This document shows, in pieces, positions 48,700-62,304 of a stretch of DNA of 64,000 nucleotides. Position 1 is the stretch's first letter; the number at the start of each line of letters is the position of its first letter. The notes beneath the pieces were generated by a model. The model searched no databases and was not told the DNA's origin. It was given only the letters and a program-made list of their open reading frames with translations. Made by a program: the position numbers and the translations under genes. The DNA comes from Eledone cirrhosa (taxonomy: Eukaryota), in the NCBI GenBank assembly GCA_964016885.1, contig OZ024741.1, positions 286,626,001-286,690,000 of the forward strand, given 5' to 3'.

Positions 48700-49260
48700 C
48701 AGAAGTAGGCAAGGCAACCTCTCTCATGATAAAATGCACTCATACTTTTCTAATATACATAACTGACATGTTGTTTGTATGGCTTAACTCTCGATATCTT
48801 CCACTTGATGTCGAATTGTGTGTTGATGCTTTTACATTACAAGATGTATGTTGACAGAGAGGTAATAGAATTTCTATTGTGCTTAAATGAAAAATATGCT
48901 GGTAGTATCTTTTTTTAAAAGTGTTTGCTGTTACCAATATACAATTGAAAACAAATCAGTATTCACAATAACTTTGCATTCTAGTTATTTCATTAGGCAT
49001 TGTCCTTCATGGGTGGCTATTATTGAAAATGCATGGGTGCTTCTCATTGTTTTGAAGGTAGTGTTTCTTAATTTGGTTGCATTTAACAATGCAAAATTTT
49101 AAGGGTGTTTCTGTGAAACAATTTGTAGTATTTGATGTTTAGGAAAATATTTACCTGGGGGGTCTAGAATGTTTTTGCTATTTTCAGTAGTAATCTGCAG
49201 ATTGATGATGGAGGGTTATACCAAATGATAATCTTTTAGTTGTATCATGTATGTACAAGA
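48700..49260 (-). mobile_element. Degenerate Naiad-type PLE fragment
   Basis: Minus-strand remnants IIWYNPP, EGQCL and TANTFKKRYYQH. Confidence 0.6.
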
Positions 49261-51689
49261 TTTTCTTTCAAGTTGCTTTTCATGTTTCATTGATTATTTG
49301 ACTTACCTTGTCTTACATTACATCCACTCTATATTACCTGGTTACATCTCTGTAACCACCTTTCACCTACACTTAGGTCAGGCCAGATATAGTGATAAAA
49401 AACTTATTTCATTATTGTCATCATCATTTAAATGTCCACTTTTTCAGTTAGCAAGGATGCGACATGTCTAAACAGGAGCCAGTAACTCAAACGGAGTTAC
49501 AGACATCTCACTTACATACATTCCCACGCCCTACCAAGCACTAGGGAAGTTATCGTGTCTCTGACACAGCTGAAGAGTCCTCTCAACGTTTGTTTGGCAG
49601 GTGTTTTTTCTACCACCAACTACTTTACAGTGTACTGGCTGCATTTACTGAATAGATTACCAACACTAGATGAGGGGGTGTTATTTTTTGACACAACTGA
49701 AGGTTTTCTACCTTTGTTCTATAAGCCAATAATACTGGCAAAACTTTAAAGTAACCAGTTACCATAAATAACAAGTATATTGAATCTATATTTAATTGAG
49801 TGTAATTTTCGTTTATTCATCCCACAAAAACCATATATATTATTGTGAAGTAGGTAGTAGTGATGTCATAACAAAAACCACCCTATCAACCTTGTAAGTT
49901 GGTTGGTGTTACAAAGAGCATCCAGCCATAGAAAACCAAGTCTAAAATAGAATGTATGTGCAAGACATGATTACTTGATCTGTCTGGCTCCATAACATGA
50001 CAACCCATCTAACCCATGCAAGTATGGAAAATAGACGTTATATAGTGGTGGTGGTGATGATATATATCAGCCAACAACACCATCTGTACATTATAATTAG
50101 ACTTAATAAAAATAGCAGTTAAATTTTAAAATCAGTCAATGTTAAAAGAAAGGAAGGATAATGTACCTGATATAGAAAAAGACAGGATGGTTACAGAGGG
50201 AATTACTTTTACCATAGGTTTGCTCAATCAGATCTAACTAGGTTTAAATAACTAAGAGAGTCCCAAAGTGGTAACTAACAATGGAGCCTCTGAGCAGTCA
50301 CTTCAACTACTAGAAATACCAGCAAAATTTCCCTCAAATCACACAACTAGAGTTAATATGGAAGGACACATTGAACAATGTTGACCCTTGATACTCAGTT
50401 GGAATGCTTTTTAATATAAGGGTATTCGATCAGGGCTAACCTTAGCTTAAACAGCAAAGGAGGTTTCTACAATGTAAATTGACCTGCTAGAAATAGCAGC
50501 TGAATTTTCCTCAAATCACATTCTAATACCTTAAAAACTGAAGGATACATTAGAGAACAGAGTCTCCTATTTATAATATAAGGAAGGTAGTTATCATGGT
50601 GGGAAAACTTTCCTCAGATCTACTAAAGCGAGAAATTACCAGTCAAATTTCTCTCATATCACATATTTATCATAAAAAAAAAACGAATGACGTTGTACAA
50701 AGCAGGGCGTGATATACAAACCGACAAGATGGCCACACCGAGAACACGTTTTACGATCAGGACTAACACAACATTAAATATTAAACCATAGTATAGTGTA
50801 GTGCACATATCCAAAAATGTGCTTTTTCCATGCAAACGTTCGTATAATGTACGTGCATGGAGGTGGAAGTAAACAGGAGGAAAAGAATGCATACCACATA
50901 GCTATTTCAATAGTACACTATTGCTATCCACTGGGGCCATGAGGTTCTGTGCCCCTGGGGTTCTGTCAGTGGTTGCTGATATCTGACATGTTGACAGACA
51001 CACGCACATATACGGACTGACAGACAAACATAAGATTATGATGGAAGTGTTTTTTGGATAAACATAAACACTTTAAATAGGCAATTTAGAAGGATTTAAA
51101 GTGACCACATGAGAAAAGGAGAAGTGAAAGCTAAAAGAGCGTTTGCAACAGCGGGTGCATAATGGATTAAAATGTCTATCTTAATAAAGTAACTGTAAAA
51201 TCTAATGTTAATAGGTGAATGAAAAAGTGTAAAATGTAGGGTAGTAAAAACAAAGTAAATGGAAAGAGAAAGAAAAAGTTATTTTTTATTATTACACCCG
51301 TCTCCAGGAAGGGTGTTATGGAGTTCTGAGTGTGGGGAATCACAGAAACGAGTAATTTACGGTGATTTTGAAGGCTTTATTCAAAACAATCAAAAATCGT
51401 AGGAAAAACAAATTTCATCTTCAAAATTCTAACTAAGCCTAACATTTAAAGGGGTAAAAATAGTAGATAATAAAACAAATTACCAGGAAAAGTATAAAAT
51501 ACATACATTCCTTGTAAATAAATTTACAGTAGAATAACATAAATATGTTTTAAATATATACATGAATAACACTACAAATGTTTAAATAACATTATAAATT
51601 GCTCGCGATTCTTTCAGAAAGATATATTCCTTTAATGTTGCAATATTAAAGAAAATATAAAGGAAAAGGTGAACAACCGAGCCACTACC

Positions 51690-51930
51690 AGAGCAAAAGA
51701 CAGCTGCGAGGAGTACTGGGCAACCTAGCACACTCGCAGTGTTGCGTCGAGTGATAGCGAGGCTGATGCGCTGGAACCACCAAGCGCCCCCGCGAGATTC
51801 GCCAGTTACCTCTATTAGGCGAGCCGCCAGTGAAGAGAGGAAACTCGCAGCTCGACTCCCCCAAACGTCTCGAAAGCTTGTAATATAACCACGGAGCTAC
51901 ATGAATACCTAGTTTCGTGCTAAAATGCAT
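51690..51930 (-). mobile_element. CRE-like RLE 3' fragment
   Basis: AFETFG..LAARLIEVTGE..AWWFQRISLAITRRNTASVLG. Confidence 0.7.
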
Positions 51931-52833
51931 TTGTCAAACATCGAGAAACACGTTTTAGTATGAAATTCTCACAGCCTTACTGTGCGCGCGTTAGAACAAG
52001 GACAGGTACAACTTAATCAGCATACTTTAAGCACGAAATATGCTGCTATCTTTACGATAGCATGTTCGCACTAGTATACACATGTGTGAGTATAAAGACA
52101 ACAGTAACTGAAAAGTATGTCAGAACCTTTGCGTGCTTGGTAAATTTACAGAAAAACAGCACTCCAACCGTTCGGTGGAAAACTATTCTTTTCCCTGAAC
52201 ATACGAAACAAAAAAAAAAAAACAACTTCATATCGAACGGGAGCGGGGTGTTGTTCTGTAAATTTACCAAACCCATTCCCAGTCGTCTCAAACTAAGAAA
52301 TTAAAGTGTTCTTAAAAGGCGTAAATGGATCTTCCATGATATAACTGTCAAGTATGTACATCATATGAATATTTTCATATTCTTTTCTGAGCAAAATACG
52401 TATCTATGGGCGTCATATCAATACGGTACCTCCATGACTCCATCAGGAGTTACGAAACAATACATACATGATAATAAGGGTTGAATATAAAAGATAGAGG
52501 GACGATCCGTGGGTTGTCTTGTTGCTTTTTTTTTTAGATCGGTGCATTACAGATCGAATATTATAAAGGGAAATAATATATCAAGATAAAATCTAAGCGA
52601 TATATATAATTATATTTAATTATATAGTTATATTTAATTTGTTGGGATTCAACAAGCTTAAACATTTTTTATAACTGATATAAAGCACTCAACAAGAAAA
52701 ATGTGGTTTTATAAATATAGTTTCCATTTGTTAATATATTGTATATATATAAATGGGGGCAACATAAATAAACAGCAAGGCTTACCGAAATCTTTACCAC
52801 AAGTCTCTCAATATCGTCCATGAAATTTGTTTT

Positions 52834-52886
<53 letters not shown>

Positions 52887-52998
52887 CTGTCTGTCTGTCT
52901 GTCTGTCTGTATATACAGAGAAAGAGTGAGAGAGAATGTAGCGTCAATGTTGGCGCTCCAGCATGGACTCAGTCAGTCGGCTGGAACAGGTAAAAAAG

Positions 52999-53029
<31 letters not shown>

Positions 53030-53456
53030 GGGTTTTGCAGATGTCTAAAATATATTAAAGGAGATAGAACAATGATGAAGAGAAAAGTGGAATTTAAACA
53101 TTTTAAATGAAGACCAACATGGGTCGCTGAGAGAGAGAGAGAAAAACAGAATAAATGAAAGTGAGAAAGAAAAGCTATGGGAGAATTAATTGGAAGTACA
53201 ACAAAGTACGGGAGGGAGGCGATATGAGGTAAAATCCGGAATCCAAAGGAAATTGTGATGGCGGTCTTTCACTTGGTATAAAATTATTGTCAATTTAACG
53301 ATACAAAATTAATAGCGTGGGAAGGAGTAAGAGAAATTTTAGAAAGGAGGAGTGGGAACTAAGAGGAAGTTAACAGAACAGGAAGAAACGCCACGAAGCA
53401 TTCTGGGTATTTTGTATATTATTTACATCGTAATGTTGGTGGTACTACACGCACAC

Positions 53457-53518
<62 letters not shown>

Positions 53519-55145
53519 CGTTGGTGATGCACAGAAACACACATATATATATATTGTGATGCTACACACATGTGTCCACGATAACAACATATATGTGTGT
53601 GTGTCTGTTTGCATGAAGCGGAGAAATAATTTTAAAACAGAAGAGAAACATTAGCGACAACAGAGAGATATAAAAGACAGCAGGCAGCGCGACCAGGGCT
53701 GACTGACTACATACACTACACACACACAATAAATAAAATGGCCATTCTAATCACGTAGTTAGTAAGAAATTCTCACAACAACAGTACGACCTCCCTCATA
53801 CAAATACATAAAAACATATATATGTTTGTATAAGGTTTAGTTAGACGCATTTGTATGTATGTAAAATAAATAACAACACAATCGGTACAGTATATGGAAT
53901 GGATATATAAGGTTAACGCTTGATATAGCAGGAATATATACATACAAATGCGTCTAAACCTTTTTTGTCCAATAATCATTATTGTTCCTCTTTTCGATGT
54001 CGATCAATCCAGTACTGAGCACCATTCTTTCTCTCGCAGGGCGGCACCCCGAGAACACCATGTAAAATTATTTGATTTTGTTTTTATCCCCCCTTTTTTT
54101 ATATTTTCATTATTTTGTTCAATAAATTCATCATCAGCTTGTATTTTTGTTGTTGTATTTATTTAATATAATTGAATAAAAATATAGTTCTTGCTTCCAA
54201 TTGATTGCGATGTTTCAACTTATATCAAGGTAAGTTAGAAATAGCAGCCAAATCTTCGGTAAAACCACACCTTACCGCCAGGAGTGCACTTTGTCAATTA
54301 AAACTAAGTGATGCGCCTGCCGCACTTCTTAATATGACACGATATTCTCTATTTTGATTTGAAGTTTACTTGGCACTTTTTGTTGCATATTCAACTTCGA
54401 ATAAATCTATAAACTATTAAATGTATTATTGTATTAACAAGTTGCAAAATTCAAGCATGCACACACATATCATATATTTGTAAACAATATACATGGATAT
54501 ATCACTTGCGAAACAGATGAAATGTAGATTTAAATACAAAATTAATTCTATACATATATATAGGCTTTAGAGTAATGTTCACATAAAGATTATGTTGTAC
54601 TTAGATGGCCGTACTTTCATAGATCTGTTTCTAAAACCGAAACATATCGTATGTTCATAATCAATATCGATCACCAATTATTGATTTTGATAAACATCTA
54701 TCAAGACTGATTTTCTTCGCGCAAACACAAACTTATAAAAACACACGCTCACGGACATAATTCACACAAATATATATACATTTACACAAACACACACATA
54801 CAGTCGGTGAATTGGAAATGGAAGGGTAAAACAAGTATAACGTTTTATTTATTATTTAATATAACTAGCAGAAAACAACCCGTGGTTTTTCTGCTAGTTA
54901 TCGAGGTTAACTTTGCCTTTCATCCTTACGGGGTCGATAAAATAAAGTACCAGTAATGTACTGGTAAATGCTGGCCTTGTGCCAAAAGTAGAAACTGTTA
55001 TATTATGAGTTTAAAAAAAAAAGAGTTAATAAATAAATAAATAAATAAAACGTTATACTTGTTTTACCCCCCCATTTCCAATTAAATCGAACGCTATCAT
55101 GACTGTATGTGTGTGTTTGTGTAAATGTATATGTGTGAATGTATC

Positions 55146-55862
55146 AGATTGAGTTAGAAACCCAAAATAGTCTTTTACAATAGTTCAAAGAAGGGAATCT
55201 TTCCGAGCCGTATAATATAATTGGATATATGAGAGGGATGAACACAGATATAACTATACATGTGCCCCAATTGCAAAGGACCAAGTTAGCTAGGTTGAAA
55301 AATAATAATTTAAAACAATATGGTTTGCCTGACACGATTTAACATAATAAATCAATAAAAATAACAAACCTATATCGGGCAAATAGCCTATGAGACCCGG
55401 ACAGATATGAATCTGTTTCGCAAGAATTATTAAGTGAAAGCCGGAACTCCTGTGCTCTTCTGCAGGTATCCAGGAAAATGCGTACCTTTCACTTCAAAGA
55501 AGACTGAACGATGCGCGGGTATAAACGCACATGTTACAGCGCCTAATGCGTCCCATACTCATGCCGCTAAAAATAGCAGTTGGGTTTATGAGACTAAAGT
55601 TAGCTCTACATACGGAGCCGAGAATATCATAGATTGAGTTAAAAATTCAAAATAGTCTTTTACAATTAAAAAGCTCAAAGAAGTGAATCTTTCCCAGCCG
55701 TGTAATATAATTGGATATACGAGAGGGATGAACACAAATATAACTATACATGTGTTCCAATTAAAAATGACCAAGTTAGCTAGGTTGAAAAATACTAATT
55801 TAAAATATGGTTTGCTTGACACGATTTAACATAATAAATCAATAAAAACAACAAACCTATGT
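55146..55862 (-). mobile_element. 485-bp-period unit (about 1.5 copies) with a hammerhead-like motif at 55395-55467
   Basis: Direct repeat at 55146 and 55631. Minus strand: acctg-CAGAAGA-gca...tgc-GAAA-cagat tcat atctg-TC-cgggt (core U4 changed to A). Confidence 0.65.
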
Positions 55863-55984
55863 ATGTTTGTGTATTTGTGTGAATTATATCCGTGAGTGTG
55901 TATTTTTATAAGTTTGTGTTTGCGATACTCATACATATAGATGTATGTATGTGCACACTCATACGCGTCAGTGTGTAGAAAATC

Positions 55985-56060
<76 letters not shown>

Positions 56061-56439
56061 CACACACTCTCTCTTTCTATATTTATATGGTAGTTGAAGT
56101 GGTGGTGATGGCGACGATATACCGGAAGTGCAACTTTGAAAAGAAGTCAATTTGAGATTATTTATTTTTACGAAATTATTTGTTTACGAAATTTAGCACA
56201 TAAATTATGTAATATTCATTCATTATTTATTCAAAGTAATCCAACTTATTTTACTAACAGGATTAAAAGAAATAAACCACACGCAGTCCCGCAGCCCTTG
56301 CTTTATTATAGTTTAGATGGTTACAGAACGAAAACACTAACAAATATAATATATACAAAGGAAAGGGAAAGGGAAAAAAAAGAGAAAAAATACACAAGCT
56401 GGTAATACACATCTTAGACCACAGAACAATATGCAGGCG

Positions 56440-56910
56440 AAAGAGTGGTAAAAACGAGCCGCTACCAGAGCAAAAGATAACAATATAGCGAGGAGCACTA
56501 GGAAACCTCTCTAATAATTTTTGAGGCAAGCCAGCACGCTCGCAGCGTTACCTGGGGTGATAACGAGGCTGAGGTGCTGGAACAACCAAGTTCCCTCACG
56601 AGCATCATCAGTTACCTCTGTTTGGCGAGCTGCCAGAGAAGATAAGAATCTCGTTGTCAGTAGCCCGACTTCCCCAAACATCTCGAACGCCACAGGCTGG
56701 AAAATGCAGTTAGCTGACAGAACACGGTATTTTATGATTTTGTTCCGCTCAGCTGCGGATGCTGTAGCTCTCGCCCAGGTAAGGCACCTGCCTCTTGACC
56801 AGGAGCACAGAGTAAGACCGTCAAGTCTTTTCCCATCAATTCAGGACAACCCAGACGGTTCCAAAATTGAGGAGATGTTTGTCCGGGTCAAAGCTCTTAA
56901 GTGGTAATAG
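56440..56910 (-). mobile_element. CRE-like RLE 3' fragment
   Basis: GLS..DGKRLDGLT..WSRG, PVAFEMFG and WLFQHLSLVITPGNAASVL. Confidence 0.75.
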
Positions 56911-57837
56911 GACAGTGTGTGTGTGTATGTGCGCGCGCGAGTTTGTCGGCGTTCTTAAATTAGAGACACGTGTGTGTCTGTTTTTAAGTTAGACATATAT
57001 ATGTGTGTATCCCTTTCTTTCCTTTTACACACACATACATTCACACAAACACACAAACACACATACACATTGCGTGATGGACGGGTGGACAGAAGTCCCT
57101 CAAATTTATATACTTGTCAATGCAGTTCTACTGAAGCAGTTAGAGAAGTTCAAGTATCTTGGAACCATGAGTGATAGAATGCAGGAGTCTGAATTAAGTG
57201 CAAGAATTGCAAAAGCTGATGCTGTAATGCATTACCGAGGATCATGAATCTTGAGTAATGACCAAAAGAATACAATTGCAAATAAAAGTGGCAGAAATGG
57301 GATTCCTCCGAAGGGTCTTTGGAGTAACGTTACTCGATAAAGTGCATAGCTCAGAGACCAGAGAGTCACTCCTGGTAGAGCCGCTACTTCTCTGAATTGA
57401 GAGATCACAACTCCGATATTATGAGCATGTGGTCAGAATGTCTCAGTAAAGAATCGTTGGACACATTTTACAGGCAAAACCAATCGGCAAGAGATCCAGA
57501 GGAAGACCCTGAGCAAGATAGTTGGATAACATCCATGAGCTTGGCTGATCACGCTTTGGGATCCGGCTGGATCAGTTAGAGATGTTTGCTACTGACAGAC
57601 TCGCTGGAAGGAGTGTTTGAGAAGGACTCTGCCCCTACGACCCTCTCAGAAATAAGTGGGTGAAGAAGATATTTTCAATTTACTTTGCAATTTACATATA
57701 TCTATATGCATATATATATTTGCGTATAATACCAATATGCACACCACATATGCTAGCAGAAAACCACACGTGGGCGGTTTATCTGCTGGTATATATAAAT
57801 ATATTTTGTTGTTAAAAGAATGTGATAAAGGCAAAAG

Positions 57838-58226
57838 AAAAACGAGTGCTCCATGTATAGAACAGAGCTATAAAAATATATTTTGTTGAAAGTATGTGAT
57901 AAAGGCCCAGGGTGGTTAAAGTAAGAGAGAATGTTCAGAAAAAGATGAAGTCAATAAGTGAATAATATAAGTGTAAAATAAGAGAGAATGTTCGTGGTTA
58001 AAATAATAGAGAATGTTCAAGGTAAAAGTAAAAGAAGAAATGGATAAACTAGGTGTAATATAAGATAAAGGCCATGGTGGTAAAAATAAGAGATAGTGTT
58101 CAGGAAAAGATGAAGTCAATAAGTGAATAATATGAGTGTAAAATAAAATAAAAGAGAATAAAATAAGTGTTGAATATGTAAAAATATATTTATAGCTCTG
58201 TTCTATACATAGAGCACTCGTTTTTC
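57838..58226. repeat. About 48-bp inverted repeats enclosing A-rich direct repeats
   Basis: aaaaacgagtgctccatgtatagaacagagctataaa with its reverse complement at 58180-58226. Confidence 0.8.
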
Positions 58227-58280
58227 ATTAGCTTTCTCTTAGGAATTACCTCACACATATATACTATCTATCTATCTATC

Positions 58281-58957
58281 AACGGAAAAAAATGAAACGA
58301 AATTTCATTTCCCACTCTTAGTACGGCTGTTACTTAAATATAAGTATGTACACGTACATACATATATGTATACAGACGTACAGTAGTATGTATATATATA
58401 TATACATACATGCACACATATATATATGTACGTATGGATTCACCGAATATTTATTATAATGCTCGGTGTGTTTGTAAACAAACATCCCGTATTAAGCCGT
58501 AGTGTCCAGAAACCATCGTTGCTCGTTTGTTCAACACTGACAAAGGAACGTTGTACTAGTTTCAAGCTTATTAGCTATCGTCAGCAACGTATACCTTCCT
58601 GCCAGATTGTTGAACGTATATACTTACCTTATGCATATTAACAGCTGAGCAGCCCAATTTGCATATCGAGTGGGTTAATCGGCCGGGTGCACCGTAAACG
58701 ATAAACGGTAAAAATGAAACGAAATTTCATTTCCCACTCTTAGTACGGCTGTTACTTAAATATAAGTATGCATACGTACATACATATATGTATACAGACG
58801 TACAGTAGTATGTATATATATATATATATGTACGTATGGATTCACCGAACATTTATTATAATGCTCAGTGTGTTTGTAAACAAACATCCCGTATTAAGCC
58901 GTAGTGTTCCTTTGTCAGTGTTGAACAAACGAGCAACGATGGTTGCTGGACACTACG
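58281..58957 (-). mobile_element. About 425-bp hammerhead unit, 1.5 tandem copies, with the last 50 bp or so inverted
   Basis: Same family as 26089-27034. Unit starts at 58281 and about 58704. Flipped piece at 58906-58957. Confidence 0.85.
58548..58590 (-). ncRNA. Minimal type I hammerhead ribozyme
   Basis: Minus strand: acgttg-CTGACGA-tagctaataagctt-GAAA-ctag-TA-caacgt, with a perfect stem I. Confidence 0.88.
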
Positions 58958-61900
58958 ATTTGACCTGGCCGATAGATATCGACTAGATTTAACGACTGCG
59001 CTAACCTGGACTTGGGAAAACCGCAGCGGATCATCTAGGTCGTACCTAGATAGCTTCTTAGTTAGAAATAAGGATAAGGACTTTTTAAGTTGTCCAAAAA
59101 TGCGCATGGTTGGCTATTCAGACCACAAGTTAATGACCTGCATGGTCAACCTTGACAGAACGCATAGACAGGGACCCGGTTACTGGAAGCTCAACTTGTC
59201 CTTACCGGCAAGTAAGGCTTACAGGGACCGGATTAATACTTTAGTTAAGGAGCGGTTGACGGGCGCCATCGTCAACAGCAGGTGGTGGGGATCTCTCAAA
59301 AGAAAGATTAGAGTAGTCTCTACAGAATTTAGTAAGGAGTTAGCATCAAATAAAAATAGGAAGGAAAGGGAGTTGGTAGATAGTGTAGAAGAGGCAATTA
59401 GAAGCGGCGACGTGGCCAGAGTGCTAGCGTCGAGAACGGCCCTGGGCCAGTTCTTCGACGCGAAACACGAAGGCTGCATCGTCCGAAGCAAAATACGTGC
59501 TCTGGGAAACGAGGGGACCAAAGCTGTTAGCTGGGCCCGCGTGACAGAAGCCAAAAGAGGGAGTAGATCCACTATCCGGTCTTTGCGAGACCAGGATGGA
59601 CGGGTGATCCTTGAACTTAAGCAGATGTGCGAGGCTTTTCAAAAGCATTTTGCCAGATTGTTCGGAAAGGGTGGGGAGTCGATTGGGGAAATGGGCTTCG
59701 GTTCATACCTCGACGGCCTGCCGCGTCTCTCGGATAGGGAGGCGAAGTCCTGCGAGGAGCCGATTTCAGCTGCTGAGATAGAGGACGTGCTGAGCCAATG
59801 CGGCAAACGCAAATCCCCGGGTCTCGATGGTCTTCCATACGAACTATATCTAGCTATGCCGGACTTGTTCCCCGATCTCCTCGAGGCGGTCTACTGCAAC
59901 TGGCAACAGAACGGGAGAATTCCCTGTGCTGTGACCAAGGGCGTAGTCACGCTAGTGAGGAAGGACGAGAACAAGGGGGACGATATAAATAATTTCAGGC
60001 CCATAACTCTGCTAAATACAGAGTTACAGATTTTGGCCAAGGTGCTAGCAAAGAGGTTGGCGCTTGTCGTGGGCAACCTGGTGGGAGATGCGCAGACATA
60101 TGCTATCCCGTCCAGGTCCATCCACGACAACCTCCACCTCATGCGATACATCATAGAGAGGGTTGGGAACGAACCCGGCTTTGGTGGGGCCCTGATCAAC
60201 TTGGATCAATCTAAGGCGTTCGATAGGGTCGACCATGGTTACCTGGATGCGGCGCTAGGCTTCAGATCCGTTTTCAGGGGCTGGATCAATGCCATGCACA
60301 GCAGCCGCATCTGCTCTAGGGTCAAGGTGAACGGCTACCTCTCGGAGCCGTTCGAAATCGCGCGGTCCATCCGACAAGGGTGCCCTCTCTCATCCCTTCT
60401 GCATGTAGTGACTCTAGAGCCACTGCTGCGGAAGTTGGAGTTGTTGCAGGGCATCCCGTTGGAACAGGGATTGCGGAAAGCGGTGTCGGCCTACGCCGAT
60501 GACGTAACAGTAATGGTGTCGACGGCCTCGGAAATCGAGGCGATCGGCACCTTACTGGAGGAGTACGAAAGGTTTACAGGGGCTAAGCTGAACCGGGACA
60601 AGTCGTTCGGTCTGCAACTCGGCACGTGGAAGAGCAAATCGATGCCCTCCGATGGCGTCGTCGGCCACTGGACGGAGGGCCCGGTGAAGTTGCTCGGAGT
60701 CTGGTTCGGACCAGACCTCCAGGTGGAGAAGAACTGAGGTGAGGTAATGAACAGGGTGTTTGCACTGACCCAGAAGTGGGCCGAGTGCAAACTGTCCCTG
60801 AAAGGTCGGGCGGAGGTGGCGAACACTGATATAGCGTCCATCATCTACTACCGCCTGACCGTCGTGCCTTTCCCAAGGGAAACGCTCGCCAAAATGGAGC
60901 GCGCACTCTTCCAATTCCTTTGGAAGAAGCGGGCTCCTATGGTGAGGAGATCCATCTGCTGTCAACACCCTTCGAAAGGAGGGCTGGGGATGCCGTGGCT
61001 GATGATGCGTAAACACGCATTAAGGCTACGGCACCTCCAGGTATTCCTCACCGGTCAACCGGTGTGGGCCCCGTTTGTGAGGCGAGCCTTTCCCTGACTC
61101 GTCTCGCTCACCGAGCTGCAATCCTGGGTTAAGCAAAGACCGAGTGTGCCCAGGCGCTCACGGCTCTCTGGCAGGCAGACCCGGCTGTCAGTGGAGAATC
61201 CACCTCGTCATTCTAGAGGGCTGGTGGTTAGCAGGTGCGACGACGCCCTCGGAGAAGCCCCAGGCATGGAGGAAAACGAACTGGCCAACCTGTTCGGTAA
61301 GACATTCAGCCCGGGACCTATGGATAACTTCCAGAGGTCCCTGGCCTGGCAGTGCTACCGAGGGGCTCTGCTCGTTCGAGAAAGGCTCTACAGACACGGG
61401 CACCCGGGTAGGGCCCCTCGAAAAAGATCTGTCCTAGATGCGTGTGCGACGAGGAAACCGTTGCACACGCATTGGTACACTGCTCGGGCATTGCCGATCT
61501 GTGGGGCTATGTCGAACGACTGCTGTCACGGGTGGGACCGATCCGGTTGACCACCGAGTCTATTGTAACGATCAAGCCGCCTCCTCTCTTCAAAAACGAA
61601 GGAGAGGCGGTGTTTCTGTGCGTAATAGCCATGGCGAAAGAGGTTGTATGGTGGAGGCGTCTAAAAGGACTGAGGTCAGACACCTTTCTCTCTGGCCAAC
61701 AACTGGTCCGTTTCTTCCGATATCATTTCGGAAGAAGGATCAGGATGGAGAGAGAGGTGCTTGGCCACAGGCAGTTTTATGAAAGGTGGGTGATAGTGGC
61801 GAGAATGGCTCGTGTGAATGGGCCTTCACTCTACATCAGACTGTAGGTGAAAGATCAAGGGATCAGCCTCTCTCTGTGCTCCTGAGGAGAAGGGTTGCAC

Positions 61901-62122
61901 ACTTCTTTCGGGGGGAGGGTGCGAGTCCCCAAGGCGCCTCCTCCCTATTGAGGATTTTGTTGTTCAATTTATTTTTGTTATATTTTATATTTTAATATTT
62001 TGTTATTGCCTCCTCCTTAGTGAGGACGCCTTTTTATGTAAACTCCCCCCCATTGTACTTGTCCCACTCTTTGATGCCCTGGTGGCAAATAAAAAGAAAG
62101 TTATCTATCTATCTATCTATCT
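58958..62122 (+). mobile_element. Tx1/L1-like LINE, 5'-truncated within APE, younger copy
   Basis: DLADRYR, SDHKL, PGYWKLN, NFRPITLLN, LDQSKAFDRV, RQGCPLS, AYADDV and GGLG, plus C-terminal C...EETVAHALVHC. A few stops and frameshifts. (TATC)n tail. Confidence 0.93.
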
Positions 62123-62304
62123 ATATATTTTAATCTAGCTGTCGTCTGTTCGATAGCGTAGACGTAATTCACTTCGCGCAGAAGTTTTGTTCCAATTTAT
62201 TGCGGAAATTTTGTAAGTTTAATTTTAATTTTGATACTATTGTGTAGCTTGACCCCCCGTCTGAACTGTCAGGCGGTGGGTCAGTTATCTATATATATAT
62301 ATAT

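Noticed and set aside
53690-54060. Possible promoter or first exon of the zinc-finger gene (YY1-like aaaatggcc, donor-like gtgaga on minus)
   Set aside because: Only short motifs are present, and the link cannot be made without transcript data.
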